Assembly (NCBI RefSeq): GCF_964204645.1
Contig: NC_134026.1
Coordinates: 20,308,150 to 20,372,149 of the forward strand
From: Tubulanus polymorphus
Taxonomy: Eukaryota; Animalia; Nemertea
Direction of reading: 5' to 3'
DNA length: 64,000 nt
The notes beneath the pieces were generated by a model. The model saw only the letters and a list, made by a program, of their open reading frames with translations. It was not told the origin of the DNA and ran no database searches. Of this stretch, positions 45,601-61,000 are shown one piece after another; positions within the stretch are counted from its first letter, which is position 1, and every line of letters begins with the position of its first letter. A program made the translations under genes and the position numbers.

Positions 45601-48600
45601 TTGAAAGCGCCCGAAACCTTCTGTTTTCGGCGTATTCGAACGCGCTTATTTACTCCCCAAACGCTTCGTTCGATTTGAGACTATTCGTTTGCGGAATTCG
45701 TGAAATTCTGGAAGCATTTTTCGACTGCCATACTTTCCTACTTGATCCAAATAAACAATGGAATGTCTCCATATGAATCTTATGACGAAATATAACCTAC
45801 CGACTTCTAAGCGTCGGTAACCGACGGGATTTAGTTCTCTATACGATATGAAGCGAATTGCGATGAAAAAAGCTAAATTCATAAACGGACTGGATCCCGA
45901 AAAAAGACTATCGCATTTTGTACAGCACGTTTTATGCATTATAGTACGATCAGCCCTAGTCTCTGCACCGAATAACCTTTAAAATGAAATAGTTTCATAT
46001 TATAAAGTATAATTAGGTTGGCACTCAGAATGAAATGTGCTGATATAATACTTAAATAATGTTTGAATTTCGCCGAACCGGTGCCACGTCTTCCGTCGGT
46101 CGATTCGTGCGAGCGCATATTTCAAATTTTCAAACGGTTCGATTTGCACAGTAATCGACCGTTAACGGAAAATACGTCGATAATATTTCGTCGATCCGTA
46201 CGCAAAAAATGTTCGAATCGTAACCGCAAATATTCTATTCGAAATCGCGGCGCAAGTACACTATCTCACCACACCGATCCGAAATACGATAACGACGAAG
46301 TTAAATAAACACGGAGTAGGCGATACAAGTATATACGTTCGCCAATTAGATTATCGAAAAATTGTTGTGTTGTCAAGTAATTATTGATCAAAGTGGCGAT
46401 AGACTAACCAGTGTAACTGTTCTGTGTTAACCGAGTTTACTGACAGAACTGATTAAACTTACTGATAGAAAAACAAAAAGAACTAGAACTTTAGCTAAAA
46501 AGAATAGCAAGTCGTTTTTGTGGCCCGGTTGTGACCGATTGAATATCTCGAATCGATACCGATCTGCAAGCAGCTGCGCGACATTAGACTCGGAGACAGG
46601 CCACCACTAGAAAATAATGGTTCGGAAGTTAAATGAGTTGCCGTATAGATATAAACTATACTTTTGAGGCATTGCAAGACGTGTAGGCAGATATTTCACT
46701 AACGTTTAGACGATATATTGATACGTTTTTAAAAACGATAAGCATCAGAAAGAAGAACTCATATTTCGGTTTTAAATCGAGGGCCTATTTCGGGTTTGTT
46801 TCCATTTGCCGAGATGATATGCCAAAATAGAAACCGGAGAAAAATATTCGCTTGTTTCACGATAAAAAAAACTGTTTAGCAAAACAAAGTACGCGTCGTT
46901 TTTTTTTTTACAATCGAAATCGTATACGTAAACGATGCCTAGTACAAGTTGTTTTCGATCGTCGAGTCGAAGTTTGCGCTTCTTTTGTTGAATGACTTAC
47001 GAACCCATCACGCTACTTACTACATCGACTCCAAAGCAAACCCGCACGCGTGCGTATGTGCCAAAGTGATATTCATTGCCCATACCGTTCAGCGGGCATA
47101 GCAAAAACCGAACCACCTGTTCCACGCCTTTCAACTAAGTTGTTCATTTACCGTTGAACCGTCAAATCGTAAAGGGAAGATTTTTATGATCTACAAGCGC
47201 AAATGCTGTTAAAGAACCGAACGCGCCGATGTTATTGCGTGCAAGTGGCTCTTCCTCGATGATCGTTGTTTGCTTTTAAAAAAAAATCCATCGCCAAATA
47301 TATAGCAATACCTCGGAAAGACGAGTGTTCAACGCGCACTCTTAGCGACCTTGCGCAAACATTCCTCTTATATGGCGAATATTGGGAAACGTGTCGACCG
47401 TATCTGCCCCGTCCGGTTTCGAGAAAGAAAAAAAACAACGCTGACGTTTATACGGACCTGATGCACGTGACGTCACAGCGCGTCATATTGGGCGCGCGTA
47501 ATGTTGACGGTTCGCGAGGAAAACAGAAAAAAATACACAGAAAAAACGGTGTAAACTAATAAAAGGGAATAATCGATGCGAATTTACGTGACATTTAATG
47601 ATGATCTCAGAGGCGTTTTGCCGGTAGCAGATCAAACCCCTAATTTGTCGTCATTTCATAATAGAGACAATTTGATACCCGGGCCCGAATAGCACCGTGA
47701 CATTTACTACGTGCAACATTTCGTACAAAAGTTACCTCTACACCCGGTAGCTATGCATATTTTGGGCACGGTAAAACGTATATATTTTCTTAGATTTTTA
47801 GTTCGTAGGCCTATTTATACATTTTCCGAGATCCGACCTTAAAGCTATCTTTTACGATTATTAAAATGATTATTATATCATATCGATCACTCTGCTTGTT
47901 CATCGAAATCCTCTTTCATTATTATTCACTCATTTTCGTGAAAATGATGAACTTGTGGCGTTTATTAGAGCTATCGAGCGTCTTATTTTTGTGCGACTAA
48001 TTGTGTCTAATGCGGACGTCTAGTTCATTTCATTTCATTTATTGCTCACAAAGAAAATTTGCACTGAACAATTACAAATACATTCAAATAAAAAAATAAA
48101 TGCGGTACAGAGTTATCATATATAGATTAAATTTGGTTGCAGCATCAACATGGAGTCGTTGGGGATACAGTTTACAATATAGAAAGGGGTTTTCCACTAG
48201 ACACGGGAACTTCTTTGTGTCGTGGACGTACGATTATAGGCGATCGAATGGGAAATGGTGACTGGCGTATAATCCATCCTCCCCGAATCCTTGCCGAGGG
48301 AGGATGTAGTTGACGAATGAGTATTGGCGATTGAATGAGAAATGGAGACAGGCTCGCCTTGTAAATGACGGGTGCATGTTTTCTTTTCTCGTGGTCTCCC
48401 GAAAGATATCCTTTTTTAACCGGAAGGCGAAAGTGGACGTGTGGTTTTTGAAGAACACCGTAACGTTCGAGGCCACGCGCAGACGACACAAACAAGAAAA
48501 TTAGTATCAAAATGTCGCCAACGAAAATACAGTAATGAGCTTATCTGTACAGTAGATTATCTGAACGGTGATTTCAAACAAACAGTGTACAAGTAATAAC

Positions 48601-51094
48601 CCCGAAAATAGGAGTCGCTGAAGACCCAGGATATCTCCCTTTCCCAGATGAGAATTGAGTGCTTCACAAAATATATGAACGTGAATGTTCATGCTATAGC
48701 TCGAGAGGCTCTCCGCGTGGCCTCGTACCAAATTTGCAAAACATAAGACTTAGTTGCCTTTCGTTTGTTTTGACATCAACTATATTCAAATCAATCCACT
48801 AATCCCGATCCGCTTTGCGAAACTGCAAAGCAGACCCACGGGTCGAGATTCGATGCGACATATAAGCATTTAAGTTCTTACTACGAATACGTACGTACAC
48901 TCATAAAACCTCGCACGAGGACATAGGGCCGTAAATTTTTCAAATTCGGCAAGATTAGAATATTCCGCGACAGTTATTGATCCCTGTCAAAGCTGTATGC
49001 ACATAAAGATATGCGCAATTTGTAAAGGCTGGGTGGCCTAAGTAATTTCCATTTTCGGGGCACATTGAAATCGAAGCCAAACAGTACGTCGTGGAATGTC
49101 AACAGTGTGACACAGTCTCAAAGAAATACTCGAGTGTCGTGAAGAAAAAGTTACAATGGGTTTTTAATCTTTTCGAGTGCATAATACTGGTAAATGACAT
49201 GTAAAATACACATTGCGGTTGTAACCAGTAGTGTTTAAAAAGAAACGTAATTCGCCATAAAAAGGACCGATAATGGCGCACAGGTACACACACAGCTATA
49301 AACAAACTGGGTCTTCGCGCTCGCGATCCGCCGATATCGTACCGGCAATTTTCGACGAGGCGCGCGACGCCCGAGCGTATGTCGATGATCTGGATTTTAT
49401 GGATTTATCCATTTATCAGAGATCTCGCCATAAATCACGATGACAAGTAATTAATGCAGCGAGCAAGCCATGCGCGAAAAGGCGGCAAGTGCTCCAAACA
49501 AAAACTATATGTAAAGAAATCACACCGAAAATCGTTCGGTAAATAGGCGAATGGCAAATCATGTACGCTCCGTCAATGGCTATATGCATGCGTGCATATT
49601 TTGCCGACCGAAGACCTTTTGCTCGCTATCGGCTTATTTTGACAATGTTATAAATAGTCGCAGATTTATTTTTGTCAAATTTAACTATCTCATTATTCTG
49701 ATATCAGGAATTCTTTTGCTTTTGTAAACGCGACCACTGCGGGCGGGATTCTTGAAATGCGCTGATTAATAGCGTATTGTGAAGGTTGGTATAGGGCTTA
49801 GATTAATTGATATATTAACTCACATTACTGGAAAATGAAGTACCTCGCTGGCATGTGGTTCTCGTAAATGCCTACCTGTTCAACTAACAAAGTAAAAGTA
49901 ATACGCATGGCATGGTTGTTGGTTTTTCGCTGACAATGGGGGACACATCGCCTTTCACGGCGTTCTCTGACACCGTGAGTGTTGATTTTTAATTCAAAAA
50001 GAAATCCATGGTGTTTCTTCGCCAAAGTTTGCCTGACTCTTTTTTTTACCCGAGGGACATTTTCAAATAAAGAAACATGCGGTATGTAGGGTCCAACAAG
50101 GGGAGCGCTATACGAAACGTTTTCAGGAAAATAACGTTGCGATAAAAAAACCTGATATTTTCATAGTAGTGTTTTTTTTAGTTTAGTGAACATTTGAAGA
50201 GGCGAGACAAGTTTAAGACACAAGCCCCACAGTGTTGTTTACAAACTGCAAGTCTAGCGTATTTGTTTTAAAACTGTTTTTTTTCTGTGCATACAAATAA
50301 AAATCCAACATAGAAATAGAACGATGAATCCTTGCCAAAGAAATCAGTTAAACAGTTGTACTTTTGAAACTTTGCAATATCGTAGCGGCTGTGCCCGATC
50401 TGGCGTATGGTTTGGACCTACGAGCAATCATCTCAATTGATGATTGCTCGTATAGGTTGGACGTAATGTCGTTGAAGCCGAGATGTGGCGTAAGTCGCTA
50501 AACGCTTAAGTTCCTTTCGCATTCTTTTTATATTAACAGCTTCCTTATTAACAACATTTCACCTTCTATACGCAGGCGCTGAGCTACGTCGACGTGTTAC
50601 TTTTAGCAGGGGAAGCAATCAGGACCGGAAGGCGACGGGGGAACTCGTGCCATCGCACGAAGATGCTCGGAATTAAATATTTATCAAGTATACTAATTGA
50701 TTAGTTTCCCTGGAGGTGTTTGGCTCAGCGCTACGTCGGGTGGTAAGGATTTATCACCTTTGTAAATATAAACTGATAAAAACAAACGCGTTGGATTTGT
50801 ACGAATCCGCGAAACGAAGTCGGCACTTACACAAACGCCGAATTGAACAATTGTAGCGAAAACAAAATGGCAGATTTGTAATAGACGCCTCAAAGATGAT
50901 AAGTTTAAGACTCTGTAGCTTTCAGGGACGATTTTAGACGAAGTCTGTTCAAAGCGTTGAAGTGCTGATTTCGGTTTAGTCTGGCAGTAATGATGATTTA
51001 GTTTCAATAGCGCCCTTTTCACTGTGATATAATGTTGAACAGTGCTTTCCGTTAAATCTGTGTCATGCTCCTCAGACTATAACTCTTACCATTT

Positions 51095-51306
51095 ATCGGT
51101 CATCTCTCCCTGGGGAGAAGCAACATCCGAGCAGCTGCTAGGCGCTCAGGACTCATCTATATCAGAACGGGCACCCATTTGCTCCTGGGTGAAGACAGCC
51201 AATGAGGATACGAGTCTTGCCCAGGGACACTACGGTAATTTACGGGGTTCGAACCCACGACCTGGCTTCCCAGATTCGAACCTCTGAACACTCGTCCACG
51301 CCGCTC
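51095..51306 (-). mobile_element. tRNA-derived SINE
   Basis: Minus strand: A-box-like GTGGACGAGTG, B-box GGTTCGAACCC, then GTGTCCCTGGGCAAGAC and CACCCAGGAGCAAATGGGTGCC, typical of the conserved core of invertebrate SINEs. No complete tRNA cloverleaf. Confidence 0.7.
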
Positions 51307-52748
51307 GCTAGTTCACAGTACCCGAGTAACCTCTTAAAATTCTCAAATCACGAATTTGGCTACATGGACCGCGGGGACATACATAATTTTCGTCCGTATT
51401 GGTTTAATCAATTTCAATTCGATTAGGATTTCGTTGGTTCATCTTGCGTTAGCCGATTGCCTTATAGATATTAGATATATTATTAGCCCCTTTATAGTGT
51501 TTACTCTCTTTGGTGTTGACTTCGTTATTGGTAGTTTATATACACGGCGATCTCAAATAAAAGCTTATTTGAACGCAAGAATGAGAAGTATGTACGTATA
51601 CGTGAATATATATGTCACCTGTACCTGTGTACAGATTTGTCAGACCGATATCCAACTGTTCCTGTTCGTGTTGCATTGTGACCGCGTCTGCAGATCATGA
51701 CATTTGTGAAAGAACTACATTCTGTGTTGCATATTATCAGATCAAACCGTCGAAGAATTGGAAGACATTTTTTTGAACGAATGGAATGCGGCTTATTGAG
51801 ATCCTTTTTTTTCTCTTTCTCTCCGGCTCTCTATCGAATCGAACCGACGTGCACATTGAACAAACACAGCCGTGCGCTTTTCAGATATTGGCCGAAAACC
51901 GCGGGAATCCGTAATACACGCGCTGTTAAAGTCATCGGGCTTAACGCTACTCGGCATCGAGTGCGAATTACAAACATTTTTCAGTCTAAATATGCAACAT
52001 TTAAGCCGCTCGCATACAAAACATTTCGGCAGTGATTTATGTCAACGAGGTAATGGAATTTCCAAGATAAGGAATGAGAAGAGGCCTACCTTGTATGTGA
52101 AGTTGTTTATTTTTGGTCCGCCGCGCTCTAGCCTTCGCCATAACCAGCCCTAAGAGTAGACATGTCATGAAAACACCCCCTATCCTCATTTCGAAGACGT
52201 CATGTCGCTTAAGGAGACATCGTCTAGCCTGTTAAAGAGCTATCCATTGTGTCACCTGGTCGTTTTGCCCATGAATGTTGCCGAGATGTCGGTGGTCCAC
52301 ACGAAATTTAAGTAAGCGATGACGGTATACTCCCCTCGGAGAGAGTCAACCTGGACGATAATGTCATTAGACGCGCGCAAGTACAGCGTGCCCGGTGAGG
52401 GATATGAACCCTCGATAACTTAAAATGCTTCAGCGTTAGGAGTAATTGAATTCAATGAGAATATGACGTCTTTCCTGAGCTCCCGACGTACCCGGGCTCA
52501 TCGTCGCAATGTATCGCGCAACTGCGACTACATCTCACACACTTTCTGTCAATTAATGATTAGACTAATAATTGCGCGCGCGAATTTTAGGTAAATCCAT
52601 CGGCTTTCGACGACGTCACGCGCGCGTCCCACCCACTATAACCGCCGTCAGCAAATCTTCTTTAAACTGATGATGCAAATCGCTGTAACCAAGTATCGCC
52701 CCCAGCATCCAATGCGACGAACGGAGTTTTAACTATTTATAAATATAA

Positions 52749-52990
<242 letters not shown>

Positions 52991-55248
52991 ATATCATAAC
53001 ACCGCAGATAGTTCGTGCATGTTTTCCATACGAAAACGCGTTCGTTTACCGGCGCTTTTAAAGTAACGTATTCATTCATTCATTCATTCATTTTCGTTCA
53101 TTGACAGGCGTTGAAATTTCCTGAAGATATCTGCTGCGAATCCGCAATGGCGGTTGTTGTTGTCGCAGGGTAAATAAACAAAACCGACGAAAGATTCGGC
53201 GCGAACACAAGCGCATTTGTCAACGCGTCGATTGTGCGCCGAAATGCTTTTATGGCGGATATCCATATTCAAACTGAGAAAACTCACACACACTTCGTTT
53301 AAGCTATATCGACAACCGCGCTACAACCGGACTCGCCTGGAACTATGATAAACGTATATGCACAGCCAGGCGGCATCGATCCCTCGCGAAATAAACGTTC
53401 CAACAACAAAACGACGACGACTGTTCACCAGCGATTTTAGCTGGGCGAAAACCGTCGCACTAAAGTCCAATCGCCGCGAACGGGTAGATACCGTTCGTAT
53501 CGATTTTCATGACAAAATGACCGTTGAGCATCTGCGCCGTGTATATTTCTTTCGTAATCGAATCGTCCGTCGCGACTGTGAGTATGATGTGCTATAACTT
53601 GTGCTCGATCGGAGTGTGTGAGATGGTGATTAAAAATACTACTGCCGACTTCTGTAATAGTAAACCTGCCGCAGAGCGTGCGCACAAGTGCAATAAATGA
53701 TTTATAGGCATCGAGTTTTGCCTGAACAATACGGATCAGTTGTTGAGTATTAATCGAGGGCCTCTTCATTAAAAGCATCTAGGCGGGAAATATACCGATG
53801 GCATGTGCTGATTAGCTTACGCATCTATAGAAGAACGAAGCAAATCAACTTTACGAAGGTCAGGTCGAAATAACTGAACGGGGCACAAGCAGTTGCAACC
53901 TAGGTCTAGGTGTAGTTCAATACGAATAAACCGATATAGGTGCGATTTCATAATTTTGTTCCTATAAACGAACTGAAATCGTCTGCCCTATGTTTCCGGA
54001 TGGTCTTAAGGTTTTATAGGTTTCAAACGAGAAAAGATAATAAAGAAACGCTTACATAATATATGTAGAAGTACTAGGTTACTTGACTTTATTGGAGAAT
54101 ACTGCTTGAACCTTTGCCTGCCGGAATGAAAACACCCATTTTTCGTGTTCGACCGTTTTTACGGTTTGTTCCATCGTCTAGGCGTGCATGTGAAACAAAA
54201 TTCTCCATTGCGGGCCAGGGCTGCTCTCTTAGTGTCGGATAGTGTTGGAACTCTCGTTCATACTAAAGACAATTTTTTCACTATTCATCAATGACCAAAA
54301 TTGTGGTGACGTTAACGGCCAGGGTGTGGCCAGTGCTCAAGTCATATTACTTAGAAAGCCACCTTGAGTGACTTGTATAGCTTGGGATAGGAAACATCCA
54401 TTTATGTCTCGATCCAGTAAAATGTATTGATAATGAATTAACTCAGACTCACGGAATCAGATCTTGTTCGAGCAAAGCAGTACCGAACAACTCAAGATTA
54501 CGGCCGTGTTCGAAATATGTCGCCTTTTTGACGTCATTCATTTTCGTATTATCATGCGCTGACTAGTTTGATACAAAATATCGTATTTCTTACATTAAAC
54601 CACAGCAGGCTATAAAGACTAGCACACGTATATTGAAACAAACCCGAGACAAATAGCACTAATGCTTCTGGCTTGTGTGACTGTGCGTTGCTCCGAAACA
54701 CGAAACGACAGGCCTTTCAACGAGACGCGCTTCCACTTTGCGCTATCGAATCCTCGAAACAACCCATGAACACAAATTTGTTTCATGTCTCGGATTTATA
54801 TCTCGCTGCGTTCCCGCCAGGGCTTAAGCGTCACTCTTCGCACTGCTTCGTGAGAGAAGAACCATCGACCTAGAAACTCTTCTGCCACTAAGATTCGAAC
54901 CCACGAGATATATCGAAGGAATGAATGCCCCGTTCGTTTTGGAGTGCTTATATACACAAGTCATCCACTGACATTTGACATGATTCCATTGTAAAAAAAT
55001 AAACTCTTATTACATAATGTCGTCTTTCATGTGCTGTAATCGTTTCAAAAAATTCTCCGAATAAATATCCGCGGATATATAGGTCGAGTTTTCGTCCTCG
55101 TTTTAAACGCGTGAATTTACTCCATAATATTTTCGTATCGTACCCGACCGATATTTACTGTGTAGATGAATGAAGTCGCTACCGGCGTTCGTTTGCGATA
55201 AACCGAGGCTTGAAATCATTTTTTTTTGCAAACAAATAATCATAATTT

Positions 55249-55492
<244 letters not shown>

Positions 55493-57434
55493 CTTCCACA
55501 CATAACGCGTGTTAGGCGCGTGTATGAGGTTCCACACCTACGCAAATGGCAAATGAAAAGTATTAACGACGAAAAACATTCTAGAATCAGGCAGAATTAC
55601 TGAATTACAAATGAACAGCCACCGCCGAAGCAATTTGTCTTTTCAGAAAAAAAGTTTGAAAAAAAAATTTCAACGCTATTGCACGCGCGCGTAACCCGAG
55701 CGCCGCAGAGCTGTTGGCAAAAATCGTTGCTCGTATATTTAGGAACTGTTGTTCGAATTTAATGGGACTGATGACGTTCGGGTTACAAACGATGGAAATA
55801 ATCGTGAACTAATATTTATAGTTATTCGTGCCCGTAATCCAAATATCTAAACGCTGGTTTTGATGAAAAGATAATTGGAGAGCAAGCAAACCATGGCGTA
55901 CAAAAATACATTACGAATACAGGTATTCGAACGCGTGTAATGAATTTTTTTCGTATGTAATTTCTAGAAAATGGTTTTAAATGTTCCGCCCGATTCGGAA
56001 AAGCGTGGTTTTCCACAAAATGTTATCAACGCATGTGCGTCACTGGTTGAAATTGTGTTCTATTACACAGGTAAAACGAAGCTTCTTGAAAAAGACGATC
56101 GATGAACGAATAAATTCATTTTGCATTTCGGATATCGAATAAGATACGTTGTCGAAGTAAGTATGATACACGTACAAACAATCATGAAAATAGATATAAT
56201 TCATATTTGATACAAATTCATGAGTATGAAAACTTTCTGCGCATAAGCCGGAGACAACTCGGGTTGGTTGAATCGAAAGTCCAAATACAATTAGCTTTGA
56301 GACAAACTGGCTCCTAAGGGTACCATTCCGGACTTCTTATTTTTACAGATATTCACATGAAAATCAAATGCCGAGGTTGGCATGAAATTTCTGCGAAAAC
56401 CACAGACCTTTTTTAAGGCCCATATGGCCGGAAAGCGCGTAAATCCAGGGCCAAAAAGGTTCGAATGCTGGCAGCAGACTTGCTGGGCCGAAGGGCTTCT
56501 TCTCTGACAACTTACACAATGAAAAGCAAAAGATGCATCGAAGCTACTAAAAATGCTGGCAGGAGGTTGAGGTGTTCATAAAGAGAAGTGTAGAAATTCG
56601 GACGAAGAAAAAACTAAGAAGGGATGATTTTCTTCTTCTTTTTTAGGAGAAACGACTTCCATCGTATAATCGTGTTGACGCTAGAATTCATTCTTGCTAT
56701 ACACACGAGGCAAAGCCCCTGAATCGACAATTTAAAACGATTGAGATTTGGGCTCGTTAACGGGACCTTGTCTCGGAATTGAGCATTTAATTCCAGGTAT
56801 CTAAATCCAAATCGAACCCCGGGAATTACATATCCAGGTTCGTCGCATTTGGCGTATTGTTGTATTTAATGCGAGTACGTACGTATACGTCGGTGATCTG
56901 GGCTCATTACGGTACATCGCTTTCATTGCCACCGTGTATCATATCGCTTTGCTGACAAGTCTGGAAAGCACTTGTAGTCCGGTCAGTTATAACCGAGTTA
57001 TCTAATCGAATGCATCATAGAGAATCTATCACAAATAGATTTCATCTGTAATAATCTAATAACCGGGCGCTGTTACGGGCCGATTGAAGTGCCGGCAGCG
57101 CTAACATCGTTACGTTTATCTTCGCTTCGCTTTCGCGCCAATAAGGATATGAAGATTTGCTGACCTCCCGTGTCCGTTAGGGGCATCCGGCGTGATGGTT
57201 CGTGGCGGGCTGTTATCTGCGATTGTTCTCCGGAAAAATGACGAATGACGATATATCGATAGGACGGCGAGAAAATAAATATCATAGAAGAAGGCGAGAC
57301 TCAGAAGTGGGCTACTTTTACGTCACGATGCCCAAAACCGAATCGTATTCGTGTTCGGATAAGAGTCGAATTTATTCGTATCGAATTATTGCAAATTTCA
57401 ACTTTCAGAAAATATAGAAATAACCTTTGAAAAG

Positions 57435-57628
57435 AAACAATAGCGCATGTACTTTCTGATTCGATGCAAAGCGGGTTCGAGTCCTGTTGGCTGCTGCTAC
57501 ACTATAGCGGGTAACATTTCAAAGATCATCCCGTCGTGAGGTTATATAAATAATTCAATAGGATTAGTCTTGGAAAACCAAGACCCAAACGAATGAAATG
57601 CAAAAACAAACAAACGAACAAACAAACA
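57435..57628 (+). mobile_element. Degenerate SINE-like element with (CAAA)n tail
   Basis: B-box-like GGTTCGAGTCC at ~57473 and a terminal CAAA repeat. Confidence 0.4.
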
Positions 57629-58078
57629 TATTATCTGGCGTTTCTGTTAACGCGCAACTTTCTTATTCTTACATCGCCACAGTCCAGTAGATGGCGAGTC
57701 CGTCGTTCGATACAAGCGGAAACTACTGTTATTTTCGGAATGCTTCTAATAAATTTCGTTAGTTCCTCTAACAACACTTACTAATACGCTCACGTTGTAT
57801 CGCGCTGAAGAAAAGGGATATAGACGTATCATTATAGATTATTCGATCAATGCACTGAGATTCGTTGTGCGCCGAACATAAAAGAGCTATTGAAACTAAA
57901 GCTCCATCCACTATTGACACGGTCTTCCGTCTTGCGATAACCTGGAAAAGAAAACCGGTCTAAGTCCTTTATCAACTCACCTACCCCGCTACTTATCTCG
58001 AAATAGACTCGACCCCAAAACTACGGCATGTTTCTGCCACGTTGCGGCGGGAACTGTGTGTAGTGTTGAGTAGATACG

Positions 58079-61000
58079 ATGGCGAACGGACTTCGTTTTC
58101 TAGCTTTCCTCGCGTTCGCCGTCTGCTTGGCGGCGGCGAAAGATGTCACCGGGAAGGAGCAAGGGGTCTGCGGTCAGTGCAGACCGGAACGATGTCCCAA
58201 ACTGATCAAATGTATCGCCGGCATCACTAAAGATAGATGCGGTTGTTGCGATGTCTGCGCCCTGAAAGAAGGAGAAGTTTGCGATCATCCTCAGGCTCCG
58301 AATCGACACGTGAAAGATCTAAACTGCGGGGAAAATCTCGAATGTCGCCTGCGAGATGACCTCGACGAGACGTCAAAGCCACAGGGTCTGTGTTTGTGTA
58401 AATACAGCGACATTTTATGCGGCTCCGACGGGCAGACGTACGAAAGTGTTTGTCAGCTGTCCGAAAAGTCGTTGACGTCGGGCAAGAAGATCCGAGTTCA
58501 GCATCCTGGTCCGTGTAGAACTGGTAAGGCCTTGTTTCAGTCACGTCTATAACTTGGAATTCATTTGCAATTTTTACGCATGTACAAAGTGTAATGAAAT
58601 GAAAGTTTGTAATTAGATGATATTGGATTCCCGGTCAAAATATGTATATAAACATGACAATTCAAAGATTGTGAAGATTTTATTCCCTCGTCTGCGATTA
58701 AAACTAATGGAGCTCACTGCATACAATATGTATATATTGATACGTTTAAATGCGCATAATATTTACTAACTTTGAAAGTGTGATATGATAACCTTATGTC
58801 AACAGTCAATATGAGTGCACTTAAGATTTCGATAAAGTCGCTTAATCTATCCGTGAAGCTCGTCGATCGTTATGCGAGTGGATAGATGTACCTCGTACAC
58901 GGCTGCACATAATGCATCGGCTTTCAACCCGCGGTTTTTTCTATTATTCCGCGCTAATGAAAACGTCGTGGCAATGTCGGTAAAAAGGTTGACCCAAAAA
59001 CCTCTTCTCTCCGCCTCACTGACGAGTTTGTATGTTGTTGCATCACATAGTTTTTTTCTATGAGATACATTTTGATTAGAAAAAGTCAGTGAAGCGATCA
59101 ATAGAACGCAACCGATTTTATCCCACGTTTTAGTAGCTTTTATTTATTGAGATTTATCATAATAAATACGTATCAGAATTACGACGTTACCGTTCTTTTC
59201 TTTTTTTACCTGCCGACCAAGCTTTCATCTTTCTCCTAAGATTTGAGGTCGGAGAAGATCGAATCGAATGCTCTGGACGGACCGATAGGGCTGGATAGAT
59301 CATTGCACTGCTTCTTAATTTCGCCACTATATATTAGGATAAGAATTCGGGAAATCGGCCCGCGCTCCCTCGGGACCTGCTGATGCTGATAATCGAATTG
59401 CATAGCTAGCTATCATTCAGTTAATTAATGCTATTTCTAATTACCGCTTGCCATGTACATAATATATAGCCATCATTATTTATAGTGATATTGAATCAAA
59501 ATATCGTTCAATCGTTTTTCAGTTCCAGTAATCGTCACCGGCCCGAAGAACGTTCGCAACACAACAGGTTCGGACATATACATGTCCTGCGAGGCGAAAG
59601 GATTCCCGATCCCGACGATCGAATGGACCTGGACCAATGCGAACAAGGAAACAATTTATCTACCGAGTGAGTATGCGCAGCGGCGCCGTAATTCCGCAAA
59701 GTCCGAAGTTAATTTTCAATCAACTTTGAACTAGATTCACGCTGCCGAATAAAAAAATATTATGACGCGAGACGCCATGGTTTACTTTCCTTCTCAGCGT
59801 ATCTATATATTTCAAATGATAATTGATTTGCTTGTTGATACGAGAAAAGCTAATCCGATTTTATGAATTGAAATAAAGAACCAATTGTGCGGATTACGCA
59901 CAGGTTAAGGCTAACCAAATTGATACTTTATTTCTCCTTAGCTTAAAAAAGTTGGCTAGGCCGGCTGCCTATATCCCATGTACATTACTTTTTTAAATAT
60001 CATGGCAGCTATAGAAATGAACTGGTATTATTGCGGTTTACAAAATGGCCCGACCGATTAGGAGAAACGAGGTATCATTTTTAGCCTAATAGCGAACCTG
60101 GAGGACCATCGCTTGCCTTAGGAAGGATATTTGCCGTTCTGTCCTTCCGCGAGCTACGTATCGTTGGCGTATAGGGCCTAAGCTCGATAGATCTGTATAA
60201 TTATCAAATGCGTAATTGAGTACTTGCCTTAGTTCGCGATCGTTAATTAATACATTACCCCGATCGAAATAACAAAATCACACGTTCTAAATATACGGAA
60301 GCGAAGTTTATTTTTGTATCTAATACATCAGGAATGCATTCGACTTATGTATGAGCGTTACTGCAAAAAATCGAGCAGCTGCCGAGAGTGTTCATCGTAT
60401 GCGCGGATCCAGGATTGCTTCTTTCCAATCGAACCGGGGATAGAATCGGATCAGTTGCCTAACCAAATTTCATATGACACCATAAGTTTGCGGATTATGG
60501 TTATTGATCGATAGACTCCTGTAGAAAAGATGGCTGTGAAAAGATCCAATTATATATCTCATGTCGGAAAATCAAGTCATATGGATGTAGGCTTATATAT
60601 TACATTTCTCTTTCAACGGTGCAATCAGATTTTCAGTTCAATTTGTTTTCTCTTCTGAAAACTATCATTCATGGGCAAAAATGAAACAAAATTACGTCAA
60701 AATCTTAGTAAATTTATGTGCAGCAGCCATATTTATACAGCTGCAACACTAAGCACGATTTTGATCTGTTGCATAACCGAGGAAGTTTCCCGTTACACAG
60801 GTAGTTCAGGCTTTTTCTCATACTGACATACATGATTGTTGATTATTCTTTTATTCAACCAAAGGTGACGATCTTCACGTCTCGGTTAATTCGCGTGGCG
60901 GTCCTGATAGATTCGAGGTGACTGGTTGGCTTCAGATCATGAATCTGCAAGAACTACACCAGGGCGACTACGCGTGTTTGGCCCAGAACGCGCTGGGAAT

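Noticed and set aside
48172-48510. Overlapping 64-112-aa ORFs
   Set aside because: No recognisable domain and no consistent splice sites; treated as chance ORFs.
51230-51306. tRNA gene
   Set aside because: A/B-box-like motifs are present but there is no intact cloverleaf and the sequence continues into a SINE body.
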